Source: Pseudonocardiaceae bacterium
Lineage (GTDB): Bacteria; Actinomycetota; Actinomycetes; Mycobacteriales; Pseudonocardiaceae
DNA length: 64,000 bases
Reading direction: 5' to 3'
Assembly: GCA_036266995.1 (NCBI GenBank)
Contig: DATAWX010000169.1
Location: 11,007 to 75,006 of the forward strand
Under the pieces are notes generated by a model that searched no databases, was not told where the DNA came from, and saw only the letters and a list, made by a program, of their open reading frames with translations. Below are positions 63,892-64,000 of this stretch, in pieces. Each line of letters opens with the position of its first letter. Positions within the stretch are counted from its first letter, which is position 1. Position numbers and translations under genes: made by a program.

Positions 63892-64000
63892 CTAAACCAG
63901 CCGCAGGATGATCACCCGTTGCCGGTCGTGGACGACGGCGTAGACGATCAGCCCGGCGCCGTCACCGTAGGTGGTGGTCCACTGGTCAGTGCGCTCGTCG
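63892..64000 (-). CDS. 3' end of another RelE/ParE-type toxin gene (partial, continues beyond the window)
   Basis: '...DERTDQWTTTYGDGAGLIVYAVVHDRQRVIILRLV*' (TAG 63894-63892) is the typical C-terminal beta-strand pattern of these toxins. Confidence 0.5.
   Translation of the reverse strand, partial: DERTDQWTTTYGDGAGLIVYAVVHDRQRVIILRLV

Noticed and set aside
1-64000. Scan for rRNA, tRNA, CRISPR arrays and long tandem repeats.
   Set aside because: No cloverleaf-like sequences, rRNA-like stretches or regularly spaced direct repeats were seen by eye in the intergenic regions. A tRNAscan/Infernal run would be needed for certainty.

Overview
High-GC (about 70% by eye) Actinomycetota-type chromosomal segment with three blocks. 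(1) 0.3-14.4 kb is a cell-envelope or protein glycosylation island. It holds two ~85-90% identical copies of a GT2-GtrA fusion gene, a GT39 (PMT-type) mannosyltransferase, a PIG-V-like GT-C protein and two paralogous large polytopic GT-C-like proteins. It also holds a strikingly AT-rich SAM methyltransferase, a CBM-like anchored protein and an Ig-like secreted protein. (2) 14.4-20.6 kb is a molybdenum island: an HTH-TOBE regulator, modA, fused modBC, divergent mosB-mosA (molybdenum storage protein, MoSto) and a small secreted molybdopterin-oxidoreductase-like protein. (3) 21-64 kb holds accessory and regulatory genes: a DUF397/XRE/DUF574 triad, ada-alkA plus ogt, a NarL-type regulator, three DHA2 MFS pumps with a TetR, two LAL/LuxR regulators, an NYN-LOTUS protein, an IS1380-family element, a truncated haemoglobin, NDH-2 and malic enzyme. 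These are interspersed with an unusually high number of frameshifted, truncated or nonsense-interrupted genes, including several toxin-antitoxin remnants. The most unusual observation is a ~68-nt module carrying a GTG-initiated hydrophobic sORF that occurs three times. Two copies form an inverted repeat at 13.2-13.6 kb and a third lies at 21.0 kb. Each sits just upstream of a gene for an exported or membrane protein. No rRNA, tRNA or CRISPR array was recognised. All family assignments come from motif recognition by eye; no searches or computations were run, and coordinates of hand-found elements were indexed manually.
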